Below, in pieces: positions 41,011 through 51,402 of a stretch of 64,000 nt of DNA. The DNA is from Phoronis australis (taxonomy: Eukaryota; Animalia; Phoronida). The stretch covers positions 208,692-272,691 of the forward strand of contig NMRA01000117.1 in the NCBI GenBank assembly GCA_002633005.1. The letters run 5' to 3'. Made by a program: the position numbers and the translations under genes. Position 1 is the stretch's first letter. Every line of letters begins with the position of its first letter. The notes beneath the pieces are model-generated. The model ran no database searches and was not told where the DNA came from. It worked only from the letters and a program-made list of their open reading frames with translations.

Positions 41011-44000
41011 ATGAAAGCTGTAATCTTTGCCTGTGTAATAGCTACAGCCACTGCAGCATCCTTTCACCAATGGGACCCTAAGCCACTCTCAGATGAGATG
41101 GTTTATTTTGTCAACACCATTAAGACAACATGGAAGGTAGAGTATAACTGTATTATGCAGGTCAATGGTGTTGTAACAGCATCTTCATTTATGCACAGTT
41201 ATAGTAGAATTCTCAGTTGGACTGATGGACTTTTCTTGAATGCATGAACAACATTTGGTATGCAATAACTTGATGTAAAACTTTCTGATAGTTCTAATAT
41301 GCTTTAAATGCTCTGTTCTCCAAAAGGGCGTTACGAATTGTTTTTCAATGTTTCAGTTTTTGCGTGAGGGGCTGCCAAAAAATAGGACTCATGAGTTTTC
41401 ACAAAAAAATCAAAATTGCATTGTATGAAAATGAAATGGTATTTCAGAACACCGTAACAACATTTTCAAGACCTCATGACATCAAATGCCATGTGACCAT
41501 GTTATTGATATTGTCGTTATGCCAGGATATTTTTTTGCTAAATTTTACTAATATGTGGTTACATGACCACTTAATGACAGATTGATATAAATTTGAAAAT
41601 CAAAGTCTGTATGTCATACATGCATTCAAACAAGATAGAGTCACACGGTCAACTGGCTATATTAATTAAGAGACAAGCTATCAGTTACCAAGGTCAGAGG
41701 TGAAGGGGTCACAACCTCCATATGTTACACTGCAGGCTTTGTAAAATATGTACACTTTTACATCGTTAATTTCTATAATTTTGTAGATATTTAACTTAAT
41801 GCACAGACCGGTCAGTAAGGTCCTGCATAAGATAATGCTTTTGATTGTAATGGGAAAAGTAAGTTATTACCAATCTCCAACATGATTTCAGGCCGGACAT
41901 AGCAAGCGATTTGAGGGTGTTCCTCTGGCAGCCATCCAGAACCTTTGTGGTGTGAGAGAAGATCCATCTGGCTTCAAACTTCCTGAGCGTGAACTGCACA
42001 CTGTTCGTGACATTCCAGACACTTTTGATGCCCGTGACAAGTGGTCTAACTGCCCCACGATCAAGGAAGTCAGAGACCAAGGCTCTTGTGGTTCATGCTG
42101 GGTATGGCCTGTTTATATTGGGAGTAGCTTGACAGTATCAAGATTGTCGTCCTCTAGTTCACTTCTCAGCAATTAGACTGCATGTTATTCAACTGACATA
42201 GTCTTGTTCCCAGGGGATGTAGAGAGCTTGAACACCTGTCAAGCAAGTCTTTTCTCGTGGGTCTTTGATGATGTCAACATCTGTTGGTTCTAAAGGGGAA
42301 TTGCTTAAAGAGTAACTCCATCTTGGAGCCCCAGATATACACTTGTATTTGCCTTCTAGCAAAGAAACATACTCGTTTATATCATGGTACCCATGCCTTC
42401 ACTTACATGAACCATTTGAACATTTTCTTAAAGGCTTAAAACATAAACTGATTAGAATGTTCTGTGTCAAAATGCCAACATTTGAATTAAATTCATTTAC
42501 CACTTTGAAATTTGCATGATTAACTTTCCAAATTTAGAAGTAAGCATTGGTTTTTAGAAGAAACGACAAAGTGTTATTTCTCCAGACTCTAGTCAATAGC
42601 TTGGACAGCACTTACAGGAGGCCACAAATGTGTTCTGAAAATAATGTAACTGTACATTAATCTCCTGTCCAAAGATGACGTAGAGTTATTATCATTCCTG
42701 TTCTGGAACCTGTTTCACTAAAATGTTGTGACTTTATTGCATTTTTTACATAGAATTTAAACAGAGACTTATGACAAACCTTATGACTGGTTGTAAGTTA
42801 GTCCATTTATACTCTATGTTAAAACGTCAAGTTGCACCACTTTAATGAAACAGGCCCCTGTGTCTCATGTAAGTGTCGTTGATTTTGGTCTTTGTTTCAC
42901 TAATGATTGTTAAGTGTACAAAGGGAACTTGCTTTAAAAAGTTCCATATGTTTTAAATTAGAACTGATCAGATTATTCAAAATGAGGCTGTATAATAATT
43001 GTTATGTTTTCAAGTTGTGGAGAATTATGGACAAAGATTTGAACAAATTCTTTCAGGCTTTTGGTGCTGTTGAAGCTATGTCCGATCGCGTCTGCATTCA
43101 CTCAGAGGGTAAAGTGAACGCTCATATCTCCGCTGAAGATTTACTGTCTTGCTGTGAATTTACATGTGGGATGGGGTAAGTTTAAACTATTCTTTATCTG
43201 CTCCCATGTTTATTATTTTTGACTGAAACATATTACATGGAACTCAATACATATAAGGCTGTTTAAACTTTCACTTGATTCTTGTGTTTTCGTCAAGATG
43301 TTTATTTTTTACGAATGCATGTTTAAATAATGCCCTGTCATGAGTTGTATCAGCTTATCTCATGTCAGTTGACTCTTGACTCACTTATCTTTTACCCCTT
43401 TATGAACGCGATATTACAGTTGCAATGGAGGCTTTCCTCTCATGGCTTGGTGGTACTGCTGGTTCTTTGGTATAGTCACTGGGGGGCAGTATGGTAGTCA
43501 ACAGGTACCTCATGTCTGGTCATCATGGTTTGCTCAATAAAATGTCACGCTTCAGTCTAGTTTATTTAAGAAAGATGCATTGGAATAACTGGTTGAGTGC
43601 ACTTCATGTTCGGATATTAGACGAAAGGTTCAATCATAAAATTTGTGTACCAAATTGGCGTATTGATTTGATGAAAAAAAAAAACATATTATTTGGAGAT
43701 ATGTTGAGTTAACATTTGATATTTTGATCCAAAGAATTTTGTTGTACCTCTCGTTTAAACAAAATCTCTACTCTTCATTTACTAATTAAACCGCTATTCT
43801 TTGCAACCAAAAACCTTTTTAATTTCTAATTTGTAATTCTTGATCTCTTTTAAAGTTCTTTTTAGATTTTTTTTCACATTGAAAAGTGAAATTGTGCACT
43901 CTCATTTATGGACATTCGTTATATAAATAAATTTTGGTGTCAGCTAAGAAGTGATAACACTAAACCTAGCTCTTTAAGGTTGTGTAGGACTCTGGCTAGG

Positions 44001-47000
44001 AAAATGCTCAACTTTGGCTAACTTTGTAAATGGCTGGTTGAATTCAGATGCCATGCTTATGTATCTTCACCAATACACTGTTGAGAATTATTTTTCAATT
44101 ATTCTACTTTTGCTAAGGAGCAAGGCAAAGAAAGATTTTTATGATTTTTAAGAAAAATTTGAACTCAGAATTTGCATAAAATGAAAATGAAATAAATAGT
44201 ATATAAAAATGTAACAGCTTGATTGAAATTTCAATTTGAACATTTATATAAAGCAAAATTTGGTCATGTTATTAACACCATTGTTTTGCTATAAATTCAC
44301 CTCTTAGAATTTTAGTAAAAACACATGGTCACGTGACCCAATTAATGACAGGCATTCTACTTTTAGAAAATATGTACTTTTGCTGAGTCAAAATCTATAG
44401 TTTTGTAGATACGTGACGTAACACACAGACTTTTCGATAAGGTCCTACATAAGTTTGAGGAAGGTGATTAGTTATGGTGTCATCAACAAATTCTTCTGTT
44501 TTCCTGAAGTACCAGCAAATGTTTGACTACAAAGAAAACACGTTTGTGGTGAAAGTGCGATAGGTCACCCAAAATAACCTTCATTTAGGTTACGTTTTTT
44601 TAAGTTGCCTGCATTCCAATTTCTTGATTGCTGGTTGAAGTGTGACAGATGTTGAGAAATGAGTTTTGTTGTTGCTTGTTTTGTTGACATTATCCTATAT
44701 GGTCACTGCCTATTGTGTGGTGCTACTACACTGAGGTTTTCCAAGTGAGGCCTTTGACTACTGGGTCAAAGATGGTGTCGTAACTGGTGGCCAGCACGAC
44801 AGTCACCAGGTACCAAGAGTTGAGATCGCCCAGTACATCACAAACTCTTTCACATTTGCTTTGGGTGCACTTGACCTATTTTTTCCAATAGTAGAAAGTG
44901 TCTTCTCTTCATTTTTTTTGAAAGTACACCGGTGTAGCACCGAGTCCTTGTGGCATGTTATAGTACCATTTGATATATTGAAATATGTTATTTTGTAGGA
45001 GTTGGGGCACATTATCCCTTGACAGTTTGTCTTCAGATCTTTGAGTCAAGTGCAACCACAGCAATAAATTTTATACTCAAACTATTTTCTGCTTTTAGTC
45101 ACTTTCTTGACATAGTTGCTTGTCTACATCTTGCAGTTGCAATGGTGGTTACCCCGAGGCAGCATGGCAATACTGGAAGTCTCATGGTTTGGTCACTGGG
45201 GGTCAGTACAACTCACATGAGGTATGAGACCATTGAAGAATGTTGATGCACAAAATCATACTATGACCTATATTCCTGAGGAGGCATTGTGGCCTGGTAT
45301 GATAGGCGCCCGCCTTCTTTACTCAAGGTCCTGGGTTCTGGTCCCACTGGGTCACACTGCTAGACCCTTGAGTCAGGTTTCTATCACCTCAGCTTGGTTT
45401 TAACTATATGTTAATAAAGCACAAAAATAGTTCCAGGTGATCAGTGCAATAGGCCCACATGCGCTGCCTGTGCACGTCTGCAATTACTTTTTTATTATAT
45501 TCATGCTCTGAAATTGGGGTCAGACGTTATGTGTGGGGAAAATTTTGCAAAAGTGAATTTCCCAGGGCATCAAAAAGTTTTCTTAATAGTCACTTTTAGA
45601 TTGATTCACGATCACCACCCTTCACAGTGTTTCTTGTAAGGTGACACTTGAAAAACCTTGAGTGGCTTACATCCTTCTCTCTTTAATGTGACATAACCAG
45701 CATTTGGGGTAACATGTACTCTTAAGGGTGGGCTACCTTAATAACATAACAAACTTTCACTTATTTTTTAACAACTGTATAATTACGATAAAAAATCTTC
45801 ATTTAGGACACGATATGGTGCACAAGTGAAATTTTGTTTTGGCAAATTTTTTGAAGAAAATAATTATTTAGTAAATTTTGATGTACTGTGAGCATGATTT
45901 GTTCACAGCATCTGTCACCAAACAATATTTGATAAATGTTTGCTTTGTTTAGCAAAAGAAAATACCTCTGAAAAAGAGAAAATTGGCAAATGAAAATTTA
46001 TTTTTGTTCCCAATGGAAGATGTTTATTGTAATTCCATTACTAAAAATTTGGTTGAGTCTTTTACAATAATTTTAATTATTAAAGATTAAAAATTTAAAA
46101 ATTTGTATTATTTTTTGCATACTAAGCTTGATAGTTGTGTACTTAAAATGAATTGTTGTTTTACATTTAATATGCATTGATAGAAAAATACTTTAAGGAT
46201 AAATCAAAGTCAAGACTGATTTGTTGTTTTTATGTTCATTCAAAAGGCCTTGATCGCTGTGTGGATTTCCTGACTAGAGAAGCCTTCAGCAGTAGTTGGC
46301 CATTACCTTTAGTCACACTGTGAACTATATTTGGATAAATAACAGCACAGTTGGTCCAGAAATATCAAGATGGCTGTGTACATCAAAAAGAACCCTCGAT
46401 ATTAACAAACTTATAATGTCTTCATCTCCCTCTGTTATGCAATTGCTTTTCTGGATGATGGAAAGGCAGGAAATCTAGTAAGAGAGAAGTTATGAGTGTC
46501 CGATCACCTGTGCCTAATGATTTCTAGCTTGTATCAGGTTAACCTTAATCCATATAGCTGGAAGAAATATCGAGCGTAATGAGTGACCAGTTGTCACAAA
46601 GATTTCTAAGCTCAGTAGCTGGCCACCACCTGACTGTATGAGAGAACCTTTAGCATTACCGTACCATCTCTGCTTAGGTATCTTGTCCTTAAATGAGTTC
46701 TTTCCATCTAGGGCTGCAGACCTTACACTATTGAGTCTTGTGAGCACCACATCAATGGAAGCAAACCCCCCTGCTCTAAGGCGCTCGCCCCCACTCCCCG
46801 CTGTAAGAAGGAATGTGAGAGTGGGTACAAGGTTTCCTACAAGGAGGACAGGCACTTTGGTTAGTTGGCAAGCTTTCTTTATCTGTCTGTCATATTTTTG
46901 CTGTAAACTCAGCCAATGGACGAAGGTGCAAGGAAATGGGGAAAACTTGCTTGATGCATGAATTATATTTTAAAAATGAAGTATATGTCACTTTTACCAG

Positions 47001-48220
47001 CTTAATGTTGCAAGGTGAAATTTTGTCTTGTCAAAATATGATTTTGAGAACGTGAAAATTTATTGGTATGTCTCCTTAACGTGTGAGTTTTTTGTGACCA
47101 GGTGCTCGATCCTACTCTGTACGCAGCTCGGTTGAGCAGATTCAGATGGAGATTATGACCAATGGACCTGTAGAGGGAGCTTTCACAGTCTATGCCGACT
47201 TCCCAACATACAAAAGTGGTAAGACGTGCTCACTTGGCAATAAAATAATTAATTTGTTAAATGTGTTGTGCTTATACTGAAAGTGATACAAACTTGGTGA
47301 TTGTTTACATAATGCATTTCTGCACTGCACCAAGCGATACATAGGGCACAAACAACTTATATAACTTCTTACACAATGTTCTGTTTGAGTTCAACAGTGG
47401 ACTAGATTACTTATATAGGTGGATTTAACCTAGATTTGGTAACCCCGTCATCTGGAGTTGAAACCAAGCGGGAAATTTTGTAATGAGTTCAATGGTTCAA
47501 ATTAAATTCTTTAAATTTACATTTTGTAATAAATGTTATTATGTAATATTTTAACGATTTAAAGTAATGCTGAAACAGTCACAGTTAATGTCCACTGCAC
47601 TTATGAATACTATACAGCTCCAGCTTATTCTTTGATAGGTGTTTACCAACACACTACTGGCAAAGCTCTGGGCGGCCATGCTATCAGGATCTTGGGATGG
47701 GGAGTGGAGAACAGTACCCCCTACTGGCTGGTAGCCAACTCATGGAACAGTGATTGGGGTGACAAAGGTATGTTGGCTTATTTCTTACTTGATGTAAGAG
47801 TTCAAATTTTGCCCTCTAAAGATCTACACACGCTATAATGTAAAATTATCCAGTTGCTGAAGTGCTGAAGTAAAGTACACATAAGATGTCCAAGTGACTA
47901 ACTTACGGCATTTTTTTGAGATTTAACACCTGAACAGACACTATGTGTTAGAGAATGTAAAGTGTTAATAAGTTGATAAACACTGGTATGAAGTGATAGC
48001 TGATGGAAAACTAACGGTTGCTATTTAATGCAGACAGGAAGAAATATCCTAGTACCGGACTATAAACCTAGTAGACCTAGTAGATCTAACACCTCATAAA
48101 CCAACGAATTTTAAAATAACTTTGAACCATCCAACCTCTTTTACAGGCTTCTTCAAGATTTTGAGAGGTCAAGATCACTGTGGTATTGAAAGTGGCATCG
48201 TTGCTGGTATCCCGAAGTAA
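41011..48220 (+). CDS. CTSB: Cathepsin B (papain family C1A) preproenzyme, 335 aa when one exon-4 variant is used
   Basis: Exons 41011-41136 (signal peptide [19 protein letters not shown]), 41892-42101 ([30 protein letters not shown], catalytic Cys), 43057-43175 ([25 protein letters not shown]), exon 4 = 43420-43504 or 45137-45221, 46712-46859 (occluding loop [12 protein letters not shown]), 47102-47218 ([14 protein letters not shown]), 47639-47767 ([24 protein letters not shown], catalytic His/Asn), 48147-48220 ([26 protein letters not shown]). All GT-AG and phase-consistent, total 1008 nt. Confidence 0.96.
42703..42860. mobile_element. MITE in cathepsin B intron 2
   Basis: Inverted ends cctgtttcactaaaatgttgtgact / agttgcaccactttaatgaaacagg. 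Confidence 0.55.
43420..43504 (+). CDS. CTSB: Cathepsin B alternative exon 4A ([28 protein letters not shown])
   Basis: 85 nt, acceptor ttacag at 43414-43419 after a pyrimidine tract and a ctcac branch-like motif, donor cag|gtacct, phase 2 to 0, open frame, homologous to exon 4C. Confidence 0.8.
44725..44809 (+). pseudogene. CTSB: Cathepsin B decayed exon copy 4B (..[25 protein letters not shown])
   Basis: 44735-44809 translates to a clear homologue of exon 4 with donor cag|gtacca. The expected AG acceptor at about 44723-44724 is absent, the Cys codon is lost and an in-frame TGA lies at 44732-44734. Confidence 0.75.
45137..45221 (+). CDS. CTSB: Cathepsin B exon 4C, canonical-type variant ([28 protein letters not shown])
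   Basis: 85 nt, acceptor ttgcag at 45131-45136, donor gag|gtatga, phase 2 to 0; closest to the cathepsin B consensus CNGGYPxxAWxYWxxxGLVTGG. Confidence 0.92.
45281..45495 (+). mobile_element. tRNA-derived SINE, degenerate, 60 nt downstream of cathepsin B exon 4C
   Basis: A-box-like tgtggcctggtatgatagg and B-box-like gggttctggtccc, followed by a cccttgagtcagg core motif and a T/A-rich tail. Confidence 0.5.
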
Positions 48221-48655
48221 AAACAAATGGCAAGGAACCTCAGTCCTGTGACAGAACCGTGATTTTTTGTATATAATTTCACAGAATGAGTGTTTTTATT
48301 TTTCAAACCATGTTGTTTGTTTTAAAAAATTCTGTGCAATAATTTTTGATAAAACGTAATGTTGAACCGATTTGATAGACATGCAAATGTCGCCTTACCT
48401 TCAAGTGAGATTTGAAATTATACCGCCAAACAACTTCGAATTATGCAGATGGTTTTAAGTTTTTTTTGTGTGATTATGACACTTTTGATATATAATGCAT
48501 TTTGCAGACTTGATTTTTAGGGTGGTTATTAAAGAGAAACCATATTTTTTATTGATGTTTAAATATATGATCCATTGTTGCTTAAAGGGTACCTCAACAC
48601 CCAAGCCTCCTCTGAGTTTCACCTATGCAATGTTGATGTGATTGTGGATGAGATA

Positions 48656-48661
48656 AATAAA
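48656..48661 (+). terminator. Probable cathepsin B polyadenylation signal
   Basis: AATAAA about 435 nt after the stop codon, followed by a G/T-rich tract. Confidence 0.5.
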
Positions 48662-49359
48662 ATGTTTCTAAAAAACAAGGGGTTTTCTTTGACAAAATGC
48701 GTTTAAAAGGTGCTATTACACATATTTGCAATACGGTACTAGAATAGCATTGTGCTAGTTACCTTTGGGTCACATCATTTGCTTAAAAAGGTAATTTCAA
48801 GGCCATTCACTATGCTGGTAATGTGAAAGTGTTTCTTGTAAATGTTAACCCAGGAAGTTTTTGTATCTGGGCCATTCACGGTTTTGAAAAATCCAGGGAA
48901 ATTCCACCAGGTGTGGTATATCAATGCGTGTTGCGGCCAAAAGATAGCGCGCACGCGGTAGTAAATAAAACAAACGAATACTTAATAGAATACATCTATT
49001 AATTTGCAGCGTTGTGATTTTCAAACAATAGATTACAATAAGCTACCTGTAAATTGAAAGCACCTAAATTGTACAAAAAAAACCTTGCACAATAACAGCC
49101 TGAACCACAATGGCCAACCTAAAGAATGCAAAAAGTGCTTGGCAAATTTCACCCAGTATTTTACCCCTTTTGGAATCAGAGATGACGCCTGGTAAATAAA
49201 TTGAGAGGTAAATTTTCCAAAATGCACCTGCAGGACTCAGATGCTGAAATTCCCGAATGCGTTTTCTTAAACTGAGAGATGAGCCAAGTATTCAAATGCT
49301 GTTTATAATGCTGAATAATTCTTGAGGTCACATCTCTGTTATGCCATCCGAAAATCATC

Positions 49360-50555
49360 AACAGCGTGTTGCGGCCAAAAGATAGCGCGCACGTCCTCTT
49401 CTTGGTAGGAATATAAATGCCAATTTTCATAATCCTTAAAGTGGTTTGGCCCATATACTGGCGGAAACCAAAAACAGACTAAAAATAATAAAAATGACCA
49501 CTAGAGGGCATGCTCTACGCCAAATCACATGTAAACTGGAAAATGTCATCACCTCTTTAATAGAAACCTATTTGCCAAATTTCAGAAAAATCCAGGAACT
49601 TCGAAGACATAGAGGAAAAAAGTAAAATTGCCACTAGGGGGCACAACAGTAGTCTGATATGTCTGAAAGTCATCGTGGGTTATTTTCAACTCTATATAAA
49701 TACCCTTACAAATTTAATAAAAATCCTGCCCTGGGTTTAGGAGATACAGACATGGACGCAAAAAACAAAACAAAAATGCCACTAGCAGGCACCACAGTAG
49801 TAGGAGCCATCTGAAAATCATTGTCAGCCATGTTCTTAACAGTAGTAACATATATGCCAATTTTCATAATCATCCTTACAGCAGTTTGGTTGATAGAGGG
49901 GCAGACTCAAATAAACAAGAATCGAAACCAGTAAAAATGACCACTAGGTGGTGGAAAATACCTCAAATCCATCTGAGAATGGGAAGGTGGCATCCTCTCA
50001 CTAACAGATACGTATTTGCCAAATTTTATCCATTCAGGTACTGTGAAGATACAGAGGTAAACGTAAAAAAATAAAATTGCCATGGATCCACCTGAAAATT
50101 AGCTCAAATTGTCCTGCAAAATTTCATGAACATACATCCAAGGGTTTTGGAGGTACAGCAACGGATGCTGAATGGACAGAGATGATAGCATAATGCGCCC
50201 ACATACAAATATGTAGGTGCATAAAAATGGCCACTAGGTGGCACAGAATATGTCGCATCTGTCCAAAAATGGGAATGCTTTATTGTCTCTAATTGAAACC
50301 TATTTGTCAAATTTCATGGAAATCTATCACAGAACTCCAAAAATAGGTACACGTAAAAAATCAAGAGCTACTATGAGAACACTGTAAGTCAGATGTTTGC
50401 AAAACTCATCTGTTGTCAGCTTCATATTGGCACACATCTGCTAAATCTCAATAAAAACCTGTAAGGGCTTTAGCAGATTCAGCAGTGGATGTGGGACACC
50501 CAGACAAAGATGACAGCAATATATACCCACGTATTATGTATGAGTTGGTACAAAC
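49360..50555 (+). repeat. Interspersed element with degenerate ~150-bp internal tandem units (Helentron/DINE-1-like)
   Basis: Recurring aaaatg(a/g)ccactag(g)gggca and gccaaatttcatgaa(a/g)atcc motifs at roughly 135-160 bp spacing; 3' ggaca..caatatrcmcc hairpin-like end. Family assignment is inference. Confidence 0.55.
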
Positions 50556-50920
50556 AAAGGATTGTGGTTTTTGTAGGTTTCTGCAATACATAATTATTTG
50601 CTGCACCTGATAGGTGTTAATTGTTAACCAAACACCATTTTTTATTTCAGCCAGTAACAGATTATCTCCAACGACATTTGAAATCCAAGTTTGTAATTTA
50701 TTGCAAAAAGAAAGTACATGCTCACATTCCAAAAACAAGTGATTAAAAATTTTCTACAAGTCCACAAAATGAGCATTTGTCATTTTGGAATAGTTACCAC
50801 CAGTTACACATGCCTGAAAACAGAAGTAGTTTTATTCATTTTTTAAAACACGAACAAGAGCGTTCACATAATGTACTGCTTAAAACGACATTATTGGTAA
50901 CAAAAATAAATTTTCAAAAT

Positions 50921-50995
50921 CAGCCCCAAAGCAGATTTGAACCATAAACCTTTGTGTTTGCAACTAATGCTCTACTGACGAGCTAAATTGCACTC
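50921..50995 (-). mobile_element. tRNA-derived SINE head (degenerate)
   Basis: Minus strand tagctcgtcagtagagc (A box) ... ggttcaaatc (B box); stems do not close into a cloverleaf. Confidence 0.4.
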
Positions 50996-51402
50996 ATTTA
51001 AAGACCGACTATTTTAAGTATATTTAACTGGTAAAGCCACTGGTCTTAATTCCAGCAAATGTCGGACAACGGCGAGAATTGTGACAATTTGTAAAAAAAT
51101 CACAAAACCACAATGAAGTATTTTATAGCCCTGCTCAAAGCTAATAACTTCAAAAAAATCAACCTCATCCAACAATTATCCAAAAATGTGTTTTTAGTCC
51201 AGGACGTAAAAACAATAAATAAATGTGGCCAAGAACTGATTTAAATAAATGTGGTTTTAAGACTTGGAGAAATTATAAATAATAATATGAGCAACATTCT
51301 GTTTGAAGCAAGATTTCATGTACGCAAGCTTTGTAACTGCATAATTCTTACACCGATTCTCAAACAGCAATTGTCAAGTCTTATCAAAAGCTTTCACCAA
51401 CA

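Noticed and set aside
44732-44734. In-frame TGA in exon 4B as selenocysteine
   Set aside because: Aligns with a Gly rather than the Cys of CNGG, has no phase-compatible acceptor, and no convincing SECIS was seen in the cathepsin B 3' UTR.
47073-47080. TCCTTAAC U12-type branch motif before cathepsin B exon 47102
   Set aside because: The donor of this intron is gttagt, not RTATCCTT, so the intron is not U12-type.
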